NCBI RefSeq assembly: GCF_006345805.1
Contig: NW_021835193.1
Coordinates: forward strand, 1 to 59,368
Reading direction: 5' to 3'
Source of the DNA: Octopus sinensis
Taxonomy: Eukaryota
Length of the DNA: 59,368 nt
The translations under genes were made by a program, and so were the position numbers. Positions within the stretch are counted from its first letter, which is position 1. Each line of letters opens with the position of its first letter. The notes under the pieces were generated by a model. It was not told the DNA's origin. It did no database searches and saw only the letters and a list, made by a program, of their open reading frames with translations. This document shows positions 38,530 through 52,590 of the stretch, one piece after another.

Positions 38530-38935
38530 CTTATTTCTTTATTGCCCACAAGGGGCTAAACATAGAGGGGACAAACAAGGACAGACAAAGGGATTAAGTC
38601 GATTACATCTACCCCAGTACGGAACTGGTACATAATTTATCGACCCCCAAAGGATGAAAGGCAAAGTCGACCTCGGCAGAATTTGAACTCAGAACGTAAC
38701 GTAATACGAAATGCCTATCTATTTACTACCCACAAGGGGCTAAACACAGAGAGAACAAACACGGACAGACAAACAGATTAAGTCGATTATATCGACCCCA
38801 ATGCGTATTTAATCGACCCCGAAAGGATGAAAGGCAAAGTCGAACACAGCGGAATTTGAACTTAGAAAGTAGTGGCAGACGAAATACCGCTAAGCATTTC
38901 GCCCGGCGTGCTAACGTTTCTGCCAGCTCGCCGCC
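38530..38935 (-). mobile_element. SINE-A dimer with a 13-bp target-site duplication
   Basis: TTTACTACGTGTT (38517-38529) and TTTATTACGTGTT (38936-38948) flank the head plus two units. Confidence 0.9.
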
Positions 38936-40227
38936 TTTATTACGTGTTGGTAGTTCTTTCGAAAGCTTCGATCTCTTATATATTACTTTACGGAATACGC
39001 ATGTATTATCCATAGACTTAATGCAATATTTCATGTCTCTTATAAAATACTCTTCGTTTGAAAATGTCTAACCTGATTTGCAATAATAATCGTTCTCTAT
39101 TCTTATAGTAAGAATATTTCTCGAATTATTGTAAAAGGAACACCGTCAGTCGAAATCTTTTAGTTCCATAAAAGTGATTTTAATGCCATTAGTCATATTG
39201 AAGAGTTTTTAGATGTCTTATGTGTTGTGTACAAAGTTTATTTTTTCGCATGAGGCATTTAATTTTGAATGCATTCCCTGCGGCCATATAATACTGAGCA
39301 GACATATAATAGAGGTAACTGCTATTTTCTACTTTGTTGTTTCTGTTAGTAGTATTTTTATGTTTCCTGTAAAGTTATGAATATTTTCTGAATTATTTGA
39401 ACACGTTGTTTGTTTCGTGGTGTGTATATGGATATTTTGAACACGACATTATTCTAAGTGTTTTATAGTCAGTTTGTTTCAGATTCTCAACTGTACTCTG
39501 ACGGCAAATGCACACAGGGAAAATAGGATTATTGGGCAATTCTTTTGCCGAGACTATGTAGTCTTCTTTTATCCTTCAGTATCTATGAGTACAGAGGGCG
39601 AACTGTTCGTTCCCAAGTGTTAAAACCAATTAGAATCCAGAAACATCTCTTTTTCTAAAGAATGCACTTATAAGTGTACAATTTTAGCCGCTTTCTCACG
39701 ACCAATCTTATAATTACTCGACCATTTGTGTGTATGCATGTTTGTATATGTATATATACATATGCTAATCACCTATCCTCACCGGGATTATCTTAGCCAG
39801 AATCAGTTACATCAGTAGAACCTGTATACCTAACAAACGGAATAAATATGAAAACAAGGGGAAAATGTGTACTGATGCTAGTGTCGATACTGTAAGGAGA
39901 ACCTGCAGAAGGGTGAGGAATTCTATCTTGACAATCAGTTATAAATAGTAATAACATGAGCAATAAATTATTGTTTAACAAAATTCAAGCCTCATCGAAC
40001 AGACATATGATGGATGCCGCTCCTGCTAAGACTACATTATATACGACAATAAATGTGATTTCAGGTTGCTATTTCTTGCATGCCGACTGATTTGACAAAG
40101 ACTTCTTAATTAGCTCATATATGGCATAAAATATATCAATGAAGTAAACAGCAGGAGCACTGTGAAATGACAAGTGATATGCATATGGATATTTAAACAT
40201 GGGTTTCTACATGTGTGTATATGTATG

Positions 40228-40426
40228 ACGCCATGATAGATCGTTAGCTCCTACACGCATTTTTTTCTCTCCTTGTATTTTTTTCTGTGTATCTTTCTGT
40301 CGAAGAGCGTAGGCTCGAAACGTAAAAGACTTTTTCTATTTCAATTCCTGAGCGCTATACTAATATATTTGTTTGTTTGTACTCCACCTGCCTTCGTCTT
40401 TTGTTTATTTTCGTAAACCTTCCCGT
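40228..40426 (+). mobile_element. ~200-bp hammerhead-bearing repeat (family H)
   Basis: Homologues at 49255-49446, 58630-58765 (ribozyme deleted) and 59297-59368; complete copies end at or near (TA)n. Confidence 0.8.
40292..40330 (+). ncRNA. Minimal type I hammerhead-like motif, U6 variant
   Basis: TCTTT-CTGTCGA-A-GAGC/gtag/GCTC-GAA-ACGT-A-AAAGA. Confidence 0.55.
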
Positions 40427-41053
40427 TATATATGTATCAAAACTAGTGAATTGTTTATTCACTGATTCTATACACTTCAGATTGACGGAGGCGACTTCAC
40501 AACGAACGTAACTCGTGTGCGTGGCATTGACAAGCTCCGAAAACGGGGAAATGAGTATGTGTCATTCTCGCAGTGGCTCTCGGGATGATTCCGTGTCTCC
40601 TAGCTTTGAAGTATATTTGGTTTTTCAACACAGTGTATCTATAAAGGATCTTCTGGATACGACCAGTTCAGCCCCAGGATTTCAACAATATACATACGCT
40701 AAGTATGTTATACAGATGAAGATTCTGATCTAAAGCTATTTATTTTGCATAAATCGCATATATATATATATATATACATATGTAGGTCCCGGGTTGATTC
40801 GGGGTTAACCACAGTAAATAAGGTACTCAATACATAGCAGAGTAAAATTAATTTATTATATAGAAGGAGCTTCTACAGGACTAGAACTGTTTCATTCAAG
40901 AGAAATCTTCATACGTACACATACATACAAATTTTCATGCATGCATACGTAAATATATATATATATTTACATTATAGATGTATGCGTATATATTTATATA
41001 TATATATGTATGTGTTGGTGTACGTATGAATACACACACACACATACACACAT

Positions 41054-41084
<31 letters not shown>

Positions 41085-41739
41085 CATAAGATAATGATTA
41101 TTTTCTCAACAGAATTCGAAGACAACAAATGAAAAATTTAAAAAAAAGCAATATAGAAATTATAGAAAAGAGAAATCAAAATAATCAAAACAAGATAAAT
41201 ATAACTAAAAAAAAAAGCAAAACACAGATCGAGAAATGAAAAATTAAAAAATGCAATGAAATAAAAAAAAAATAGAACAGAAAAAATTTCCATAACGAAA
41301 AAGAGTAAAAAAAAAAATACACTATTAACAAAAGTATAATTTAATGCTAATAGAATGGCTGGTTACCAAACATTGATAAAACGTTTGCTCAATTAATTTT
41401 GCAATTGTAATGATGTGTTAAATATTTTGGTACAGATAGAAAATATTCAATACAAATGAACAGGCAATGAATAAATAAATAAATAAATACGTAAATAAAT
41501 AAAGGAATAACTGAAGAAAGAAGTAACGAAAATCTATTTCAAAAAATCTGAAATTATAAAGAAAAAAAAAAAGAAAGAAAGAAAGAAGTGTATGAATTTT
41601 TAAAAAATATATAAAAATTTATTTAGAAAATAGATAATATAATTCGGAAAAAATATACAGAGCGTAGTATAATAGTGTTTTCAAATATGTTTATTAAAGA
41701 TACATACATACATACATACATACATACATACATACATAC

Positions 41740-41784
<45 letters not shown>

Positions 41785-41822
41785 ATATATATATGCATAT
41801 ATATACACATACCCACACATAT

Positions 41823-41857
<35 letters not shown>

Positions 41858-42536
41858 GACCATTCCGAGATATAACAATATATATATATAAATACATACA
41901 TACACATATACATAATTACATACATATATATATATATACACGCGCATGCATACAAATATATATATGTGTGTGTTTGTACTATAAAAGATGTATAACCTTG
42001 TTTGTGTTTGCATGTGTTTGTGTGTGTGTCTGTATACGGCAATGAATATGTATGTATATATGTGCACACGTACACACACAAATACAAACACACACGAGCG
42101 CAGACAAATACTCTCTCACACACACATAAATATATATAAACGGATCCACAATATATTTAAAGATATATATATATATGTAAGTATACATGTATAATAATAT
42201 GTATACACACATGTGTATGTATGCATATATAAAGACACATATATGCATACACATCTATATATATATATATATACATATGTATATTTATATATATTCATAT
42301 ATATGCATATGTATGCATATGTGTGGTGTGTGTGTGTGTGTGTGTGTGTGTGTTGTGTGTGTTTATATATGTATATGTATACACGCGCACATGCACACAT
42401 AAGCATGTATGTATATAAGATATCGAAAACAAAGATAAATTGTGAGAATGTAAGAACGATGGAAAAGGAGGATCCGAGGGAGAGAGAGAATGATCGAGAG
42501 AGTGAGAGGATGTGAGTGAGATAGAGAGCAAAAACG

Positions 42537-42588
<52 letters not shown>

Positions 42589-42782
42589 CAAGAAATAAAG
42601 AGGTAGAGAGAGAGAGGGGGACTATAACTCGGTTGTTTTATTGACTCTGATTGTCAGGTTCTGATTACATTGTTGTGTAATTTACAACTAGACATCGATT
42701 TAATCAAACACAGCCTGCAGTCATCTTTTCTTGATTCACATTAAGGAGAGCAATGGAATTAGTGGGTGTGAGGCTGGCGATA

Positions 42783-42786
42783 AAAT

Positions 42787-42819
<33 letters not shown>

Positions 42820-42853
42820 AATACTAGTAGTAGTAGAAATAATAATAATAATG

Positions 42854-42891
<38 letters not shown>

Positions 42892-42895
42892 TATA

Positions 42896-42935
<40 letters not shown>

Positions 42936-42938
42936 TAC

Positions 42939-42971
<33 letters not shown>

Positions 42972-43014
42972 TACTAATAATAATAATAATGATAATAATA
43001 ATAGTAGTAGTAGA

Positions 43015-43046
<32 letters not shown>

Positions 43047-43049
43047 TAC

Positions 43050-43100
<51 letters not shown>
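42783..43100 (+). repeat. (AAC)n then long (AAT)n microsatellite with interruptions
   Basis: Direct reading. Confidence 0.95.
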
Positions 43101-43554
43101 TACGGAGCTAAATAACGACGTCGCCATCTTTGTTTCTTGTTGTTTTGTTGTTTGCGTTTTTTCATGCTCCTCATCTTTGTTTTTTTGTTCTTCTCAAAAC
43201 ATATACTGGCTACAAGCAAAAGAGAAAAAAGCAGGAGAAGAAAATAAAAAATCATGCAACAAACTACAACAATAACAACAACAACAACAACAACAACAGC
43301 AGCAGGAACCATCGTCATGACTATCACTGCGACCACCACCATCACCATCATCATCATCATCACCATCGCCGAAACCGCCGCCAATTACGACAACAATAGC
43401 AATAACAGTAATATTTTTTAAACACCAGTCAAAGAAATTGAAACACAGTAACGATAAACAATTGAAGCATCTTCAACGACAACAACAGAAAACAACATTT
43501 TGCTGTGATAGCAGCAATCACAACCTCAATAATACGAGTATCAAAAACATTAAT

Positions 43555-43642
43555 AACATACTACTACTACTACTACTACTACTACGACCACCACCACCAC
43601 CACCACCACCACAATTACTGTGACTACTACCACCATCTCTAT

Positions 43643-43681
<39 letters not shown>

Positions 43682-43855
43682 AACTACTGTTACTACTACC
43701 ACCATCTCTATCACCACCACTACTACTACTACTACCACCACCACAACTACTGTTACTACTACCACCATCTCTATCACCACCACTACTACTATTACTACTA
43801 CTACTACCACTACCACACCACCACCACCACTGCTACTATTACCACCATCTTTATC

Positions 43856-43887
<32 letters not shown>

Positions 43888-43930
43888 TACTACTACTCTA
43901 CTACTACTACTACTACTACTGCTACTACCG
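43555..43930 (+). repeat. ACT/ACC-based compound repeat with a ~55-60-bp higher-order unit, about 4 copies
   Basis: CACCACAACTACTGTTACTACTACCACCATCTCTATCACCAC recurs with variants. Confidence 0.8.
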
Positions 43931-44445
43931 AAACGACAGAAGCAATGAAAAACAGACAATCGGATGTAGAACAGTAGCAGAATTCTCATCAGTAAAAATT
44001 GTGTGATGATCCATTCCTGTCCGAAACGTCTGATTTTTTAAAAAGAATGAAAGAAATTGGTTAACTGATCATTTTATCATTTAATCAAGAGGTAAGCTAA
44101 TCCCCGTAATCCTTTACAGGGCCTCCAAGACTGATAGGAAAGGGACAGGAACATAGATACCTTCCAACTGGTACCTGGCCTAAGTGAGTGGGATCTCCGC
44201 CACATCTGAACAAAATGATGTCCAGAGTTTTTGACTTGATTGTTTATGTTTTCTCCAGCACAAGTTGCCTTTCTTGCGCTTTCTTCCTCATGAGAATATT
44301 TTGTTTTCAATGTCTTACTGGTGAGATACTTATTTTAAACCATTTCAATATCTCTTTTCTTTATCACAAAATAATTTTCTGTCCTCCATGGATATGATCC
44401 TTTGAACGCAATTGAACATCGTCTCTGGGACAAGCATAATGCATA

Positions 44446-44644
44446 TACTCTTTACTCACTATTTTACTCTTTTACTTGTTTCAGTCATGTGACTGTGGCC
44501 ATGCTGGAGCACTGCCTTTAGTCGAGCACATCGACCCCCAGGACTTATTCTTTGTAAGCCTAGTGCTTATTCTATTGGTCTCTTTTACCGAACCGCTGTT
44601 ACGTGGACGTAAAAAAAAACAGCATCGGTTGTCAAGCGATGTTG

Positions 44645-44703
<59 letters not shown>

Positions 44704-44708
44704 CACAC

Positions 44709-44753
<45 letters not shown>

Positions 44754-45162
44754 TACGACGGGCTTCTTTCAGTTTCCGTCTACCAAATCCACTCACAAGG
44801 CTTAGGTCGGCCCGAGGCTATAGTTGAAGACACTTGCCCAAGGTGCCACGCAGTGAGACTGAATCCGGAGCCATGTGGTTCGTAAGCAAGCTACATTATG
44901 GATATGAATTCTTTATGCTTTATATAATTGTCTTTCGTGCTGAGAAAAACCCAATTTTTCTCATCTTTTATCTTTTACTTGTTTCAGACATTCGAATGTG
45001 GCCATGCTGGGGCACCGTCTTGAAAAATTATTTGGTCTAATGAATCGATGCCAGGTATTATTTTTTTAAAGTCTGGTGCCTATTCTATCAGTACCTTCTG
45101 CCAAAGGTTAAGTTACTGGGACGCAAGCAAACCAACATCGTTTGCCAAACGGTGACTTGGGA

Positions 45163-45196
<34 letters not shown>

Positions 45197-45340
45197 ACAG
45201 GCTTACGAAATACACTTTCAAGACTTTGGTCGGCCTGAGGCTATAGCAGAAAGCATTTGTCCAAAGTGCCACTTAGTGGGACTGAACCCGGAACCATGTG
45301 GTTGAGAAACAATCTTCTTACTACACAGCTACACTTCTGC
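44446..45340 (-). mobile_element. Two adjacent CORE-type SINE family B copies (44446-44897 and 44965-45340)
   Basis: Each has the tail, internal microsatellite and head homologous to 1961-2435. Confidence 0.88.
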
Positions 45341-45661
45341 CTATATTGCCACTCTAGCGTCTATATCTTATGGACTTTTTTCAAGTGAGCCTTATGGAAA
45401 TTCTGCTTAGGCAAGATACTGAACTAACGTTTTTCTCTTGGTCCTAAGCATGTTAATTTGACAATATTAAGTTTAGGCAAGATTGTAGGAATAACCCTTA
45501 TGGTTTAAAAATTGTTTATGTGAAGATCTAGCGTGTGGCAGCATCTGGTTGAATAGCAGAGAATTTGGTCTATGAACTGTGTACCACTGAGGTTAAACAG
45601 AAACTCTGCCGATTTGCCACCCTGAAGTGGATGTGGAACGATTGGGCTGTTGGAGTGATCC

Positions 45662-46025
45662 CGGTACATATTTAATCGACCCTGAAAGGATGAAAGGCAA
45701 AGTCGACCTCGGTGGAATTTGAACTCAGAACGTAGCGGCAGACGAAATACCGCTAAGCACTTCGCCCGGCGTGCTAACGATTCTACCATCTCGACATAAC
45801 CGATATAGTGCCACTTCCTTTAAGTTATTAATATGAGTTAGTCCTTGCTGGCAGTTGGCACGCCAGGCAAAATACTTACCGTTCTGAGTTCAAATTACGC
45901 CGTGGTCATCTTTGCTTCACATCCTTTCGAGGTCGATAAAGTACAGGTGATCACTGGGGTCGATGTAATCGACTTATCCCATCCACGGAACTTGCTGGCC
46001 TTGTGCCAAAATTTGCATCCAATAT
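45662..46025. mobile_element. Two divergently oriented SINE-A copies (45662-45790 minus; 45845-46025 plus)
   Basis: Head and core homology on opposite strands. Confidence 0.85.
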
Positions 46026-46411
46026 GAATTGCTTTTCGACTAGGTATAAAGGTCATACATTTTGAATGAGGAGGCACACAAGAAATTATGACGCCACATT
46101 ATTCCTTGCGGCACGATGACACAAATGCATTGGAAGTGAACGAATGCTAACCAGTTATTATTCGAAATCAGGATGCGTCCTCCACTCGACTCGACCCTAC
46201 TACCTCTTGCAGTACGTCTCTTGGCGCCATTATAAGTATATTATCGGTTGAGATGAAATAAATAAACAAATAAATGTTAATGGTTTGCGAATGTAAGAGA
46301 TGCATGACATGGAGGAAAATGTTTTATACAGAGACCAAATTAAACAAGGTACTGTGAGAAATATTCCTATATACATACATAAGTATGTATGTCCCTCTCT
46401 CTCTGCCTGTT

Positions 46412-46450
<39 letters not shown>

Positions 46451-46555
46451 ATATATATAATAAATATATTTATACTATATATATCTGTATATGTATATAC
46501 ATGCATAAATACATATATATATATATATGAATAAATACACACACACACGCACACG

Positions 46556-46614
<59 letters not shown>

Positions 46615-47451
46615 CATATACATATAAATACACACACAGACCCACACATATACACATGTAAATACATACATAAGTGTGTGTGTGTGTGTGGTGTAACAAA
46701 AAAGCGTTCTAAAGCCAGGAAATAAATCGATGACATGGGGGTGGCGTATCCCTAACAACTTCGTACGTTTCGTATAAAAAGGGAAATAAGATCCTACTTG
46801 AAGACCGTTAAGCATTTCTGCTTATTACCGCTTGTGGTCGATCGCAAAGAACAGCTTCGATAAGAACCCAACCAGCTTTGGTCTCTTTGAAGATTAGTTT
46901 AGTTTTATTTTTAGTTTTATTCTATTTTATTCTCTGAGAAGATAGACGCTGTCATTTCCTCAGAAGTGTTGAGCAGCCAGTTCTCGTGATTTCTGTCTGA
47001 TATTCTGTTTGAAGAAAGAAAGTAGATATTGACAGTCAAGAGTATAGCAATTTCGCATGCCGGACTTGGAAGAAACGAGGCGGGTGGTGCTTACATGAGA
47101 AGAATTGACAGGCTATCAATGGAGAAAAAGATGTACGATTACAGTGTAGGAGTTGTTAGCTTTTTCAGTCCATTTAGCTTGGCAATGTGTTCGGATTTCG
47201 ATTCTCGAACGCTTTAAATTCGTTCGCTTTATTTCTACTTGGTTCTTTATTATCTATCATATGACTGAAAAGAGGTAACATCTATTCAAATTTCATAATC
47301 GTTGAATGAAAAGAGCTAAAAAACCCCCCAAAAAACCCTAAACACTGCGATAAAAATATTTTTCGTGTTAATAAGAACCTTGCTTCCCTGTTACATGGTT
47401 CTGGCTCCAGTCACACTGCATGGCACTTTAGGCAAGTATCTTCTTTTCTAC

Positions 47452-48090
47452 ACTAAGCACAAGGCTCGAAATTATTTTTGGGGGGGCCAGTCGATTAGAT
47501 CGACCCCAGTACGAACTGGTATTTAATTTATTGACCCCGATAGGATGAAAGGCAAAGTCGACCTCGGCGGAATTTGAACTTAGAACGTAAAGACAGACGA
47601 AATACCCATTTCTTTACTAACCACTAAACACAGAGGAGACAAACAAGGACAGACAGACGGATTAAGTCGATTATAAGTCGTAACTGGTACTTAATTTATC
47701 AACTCCGAAAGAATGAAAGGCAAAGTCGACCTCGGCGGAATTTTAAATCAGAACGTAACGGTAGACAAAATACCTATTTCTTTACTAACCACCAGGGACT
47801 AAACACAGAGAGAACAAACAAGGACAGACAAACGGATTAAGTCGATTATATCGATTCCAGTGCGTAACTGGTACTTATTTAATCGACCCCGAAAGGATGA
47901 AAGGCAAAGTCGACCTCGACGGAATATGAACTCAGAACGTAATGGCACTCGAAATACCTATTTCTCTACTAAAGATTGTACTTCTGTAATATAGGCACAG
48001 CCCTTTCTCCTGTGGGTACCAGACCTACAATTTTTATCTCTTATTTTTGCTGGAGTAAGTCGATTATATTGATTCCAGTACGAAACTGTT
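47452..48090 (-). mobile_element. SINE-A multimer of four units; 3'-most unit has tail 2
   Basis: The junction ...GAAAT(A/G)GGT|ATTT(C/T)G occurs three times. Confidence 0.88.
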
Positions 48091-48284
48091 CAGTGTGCTA
48101 AAGGGTTCTGCCAGTCTTACCAATCATAACAATGAGATTGAAAAGTATGAGCATAATGAAATTACACAACGATGAATCGAAACCACTTCGATGCATCTTG
48201 TAGACTACGGCTTTAGAAAACAAACGTATCTGTAGCTCAGGTACATATAGACATGTACGATGAAGCACCGGTACATGGCTTTTA

Positions 48285-48550
48285 CTGAATCATTTGATTG
48301 TGGCCCTGCTCGAGCACCACCTTTAGTCGAACGAATCGACATCAGGACTTAATGTTTGTAAGCCTAGTACTTATTCTAGCGGTATCTTTTGAGGAACCGC
48401 TACGTTACGAGGACGTAAACATACCAACAAGTGATATCAAGTGATGGTGGGGTGGAAAAAACAAACACACACACACATACGACGATCTTCTTTCAGTTTC
48501 CGTCTACGAAATCCACTCACAAAGCTTTGGCCGGTCCGAGGCTATAGTAG
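48285..48550 (-). mobile_element. CORE-type SINE family B, partial
   Basis: Homology to family B. Confidence 0.8.
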
Positions 48551-48797
48551 AATAATAAAAACGCAGTAACTTAAATCTCGTGCAACAGCACAGAAACAAA
48601 TGTTGTAATTTGTAATTAAAAGCCTCTTCTTCCATCTTCCTGTATAAATTTGTGTATGTGATGGATGGTTAGGCAATGTATAATGTTTATAGCTGATTGA
48701 ATTGCTGTTACTACTAGTTTCATATATACATACACGCACAAACATGCCCTCACATATGTAAATTTTCAATATACATACATACATACATACATACATA

Positions 48798-48838
<41 letters not shown>

Positions 48839-48930
48839 TATTGAAAATTTACATATGTGAGGGCATGTTTGTGCGTGTATATATATATATGTATGTATAT
48901 ATATACGTATATATATATATTATATATATA

Positions 48931-48972
<42 letters not shown>

Positions 48973-49254
48973 GTGTGCGGTTTATGTGTGTGTGTGTATA
49001 GAGTGTTAGAAGTGTTGTACAGATATTGAATAGTGAGAAAAGAAGAAGTCGCCAGAATTTTGGAAAAAGTCATTATTATTAGCGGTTTCGGTTGTCTTCG
49101 AACTTGTAAATAAAGTTGTAAATGTGTAAGCAGTTTGTTCGTTTACATAAATCTGGTGTTTTTTTGTTTTGTTTAGAAGAGGAGAACATTGTTTTTCTTT
49201 GTTTTTTATTGGTGGTGGGGAGGTGAGTTTCCAGGACAATGGATATGTATATAT

Positions 49255-49442
49255 ATCGCCATGACAGATCGTTAGCCACTACACACATTTTTTTCTCTCC
49301 TTGTTTTTTTTCTGTGTCCCTTTCTGTAAAAGAGCATAGGTTCGAAACGTAAAAGACTTTTCCTATTCCTGAGCGTTATACTAATACATCTGCTTGTTTT
49401 GTACACCACCTCTCTCCGTCTTTTGTACTTTTCGTAAACTCT

Positions 49443-49446
<4 letters not shown>
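49255..49446 (+). mobile_element. Family H copy; hammerhead-like motif at 49316-49357
   Basis: GTCCCTTT-CTGTAAA-A-GAGC/atag/GTTC-GAAACGTA-AAAGAC. Confidence 0.8.
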
Positions 49447-49477
<31 letters not shown>

Positions 49478-49481
<4 letters not shown>

Positions 49482-49690
49482 ATCCAAACATGAAAACACA
49501 AAGTGACAACACAACAACACGAGGACGTGGAACAAGTATAGTGTTAAATGGAACAAAAACGCAATAGAGGACAATAACATTCGGACAGATAAACGATACA
49601 AAGTCGGACAAGAGAAACACCAATGAGAAGGACAGGCAAAAAAGACCTTCTTTCCTCAGTCAAGTACCAGAAGTCACGACCGTTTCGGGC
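49478..49690 (-). mobile_element. Family P partial copy
   Basis: Reverse complement ...GGTACTTGACTGAGGAAAGAAGGTC... Confidence 0.55.
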
Positions 49691-49702
49691 ATGCATATAT
49701 TT

Positions 49703-49742
<40 letters not shown>

Positions 49743-50034
49743 CCTACATTAGAGTCAACTACAGTTATATCAAGTATCATAAACGCAAATTCTTCATTTA
49801 GCAAAGTATTCACTCCACCTCAAGAAGACATATCACAATATTATGAATAGCAATTAAGACCAGTTCTACATGAGAAGGGGAGATAACTTGAAGACTCAAG
49901 GATTCTTCAAAGTTGACATGACATTGCGATAAAGGTCAGGTCTCTCTCAATCAACTTTATTTACTCTGTATGTCTGTCTGTCTGTCTTCTCTCTCTCTCT
50001 CTCCATATATATAATCAAAATAAGCAACAATGTA

Positions 50035-50215
50035 ATATTTACATTGTTCAATTAAATGGAGTCACATGAAACGATCGTACTACATTACCTCTGGATGTCC
50101 TTGTTGCTCATTCTGATTGTAAACACCTCATTTTGAATTATATGGATAATACCATATTAAATTCTAGTGCCTTTAACTTAAGTACCATATTCAACTGAAT
50201 CCAAATTTTACTGTG
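50035..50215 (+). mobile_element. Family W partial copy (3' half of the hammerhead only)
   Basis: CATTGTTCAATTAAATGGAGTCACATGAAACGATCGTACTACATTACCTCTGGAT matches ~2865-2920. Confidence 0.85.
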
Positions 50216-50313
50216 CCTATATATATATATATATATATCTGTTAGTATTTTTTTTGCATCTCTTATGTGATATTAGCGCTACTACTACTATAACGACAAC
50301 CTCCTTGACCACC

Positions 50314-50345
<32 letters not shown>

Positions 50346-51164
50346 CAACAAACACACAACTCTTTCCTACACTACTAAAATCCTGACAACATCGTATGCA
50401 CCATCGCCACAACCACCATCTTTCCTATTCGTGGCCATGTTAGCGTGAATATGCAGATTTCAAGAAATACCAAACCGATATTCTCTATTGGATCTGCCCG
50501 TAAAGTGATGTTTTACCATTAATATGCATATTAATACAGCTACAAATTTTTCTTTCCCTTTAATTACCAGCAATCTAAATGTAAATTTCACCAAAGACAG
50601 ATTGTTTGGACGGGTGGTAATAATTTTAGAATGAAATTCATTGCATGGAATCGATTTCAAAGTATAATAGTTTCTTAATTAAGCATAATGAAGCGATAGA
50701 AATATGGGCGGGAATTGAGGTGATGAGGAGTTGAGGCGTTAACATTTCTCTTAGAGCATTAGCATATTAAACAAAGTATTTCTGTACGAGAATCCAGTCA
50801 CAGGGATGCTAATGAACGAAAGCGTTTCACTGAGATCAAATTTCCAGCATAAAATCGATAAATAAAATATTGATCTCTTATTTGAACAAAAGATAGTGTT
50901 GCTTTGTCAACCCAATTCATCTATTTTTAAGACGGTGGGGTGAAAATTTGTCAGTGGTTTAGCTTCTAATTCAAGTACGTCGAGCGGCAACGTTGTGGCT
51001 TTACTTGTTAGCTCCAAAAAGTAATGGTTATATATATATATGTAAAGGAGAATGCGAATGCGTGCCATTCTTTTGTGGTGTAACGGAAGTGAATCCTCTT
51101 CAACTAGGACATAATCCAGGCTCGATAAGTTAACCTCACTCTGCCCGAATTCTTACTCTATAAT

Positions 51165-52160
<996 letters not shown>

Positions 52161-52216
52161 GGAAATAAACTGGAAATTGCTCTGCAATTAATAGTGAAAG
52201 ATATCTATAATAAAAT

Positions 52217-52358
52217 ATAAATTTAAATATATTATTAATATTGTACTATACTAAATTACTATACTAAATAATACATGAACGTATGTATGATAAATTTAAA
52301 TATATTATTAATATTGTACTATACTAAATTACTATACTAAATAATACATGAACGTATG

Positions 52359-52362
<4 letters not shown>
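52217..52362 (+). repeat. Perfect 73-bp direct tandem duplication
   Basis: 52217-52289 equals 52290-52362. Confidence 0.9.
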
Positions 52363-52417
<55 letters not shown>

Positions 52418-52419
52418 CA

Positions 52420-52590
52420 TATACACCACGGGTTTCTTTCAGTTTCCGTCTGCCAAATCCATTCACAAGTCTTTGATCAGCCATCGGTTTTAGCAGAAGA
52501 CAATTGCCCATGATTCCTCGCAGCGAGCCTGAATCCCAAACCTTGTGGTTGGGGACCAAATTCCTTACCATACAGACACGCTTGTGCCTA
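52420..52590 (-). mobile_element. CORE-type SINE family B, 5' half
   Basis: CGGGTTTCTTTCAGTTTCCGTCTGCCAAATCCATTCACAAG... Confidence 0.8.
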
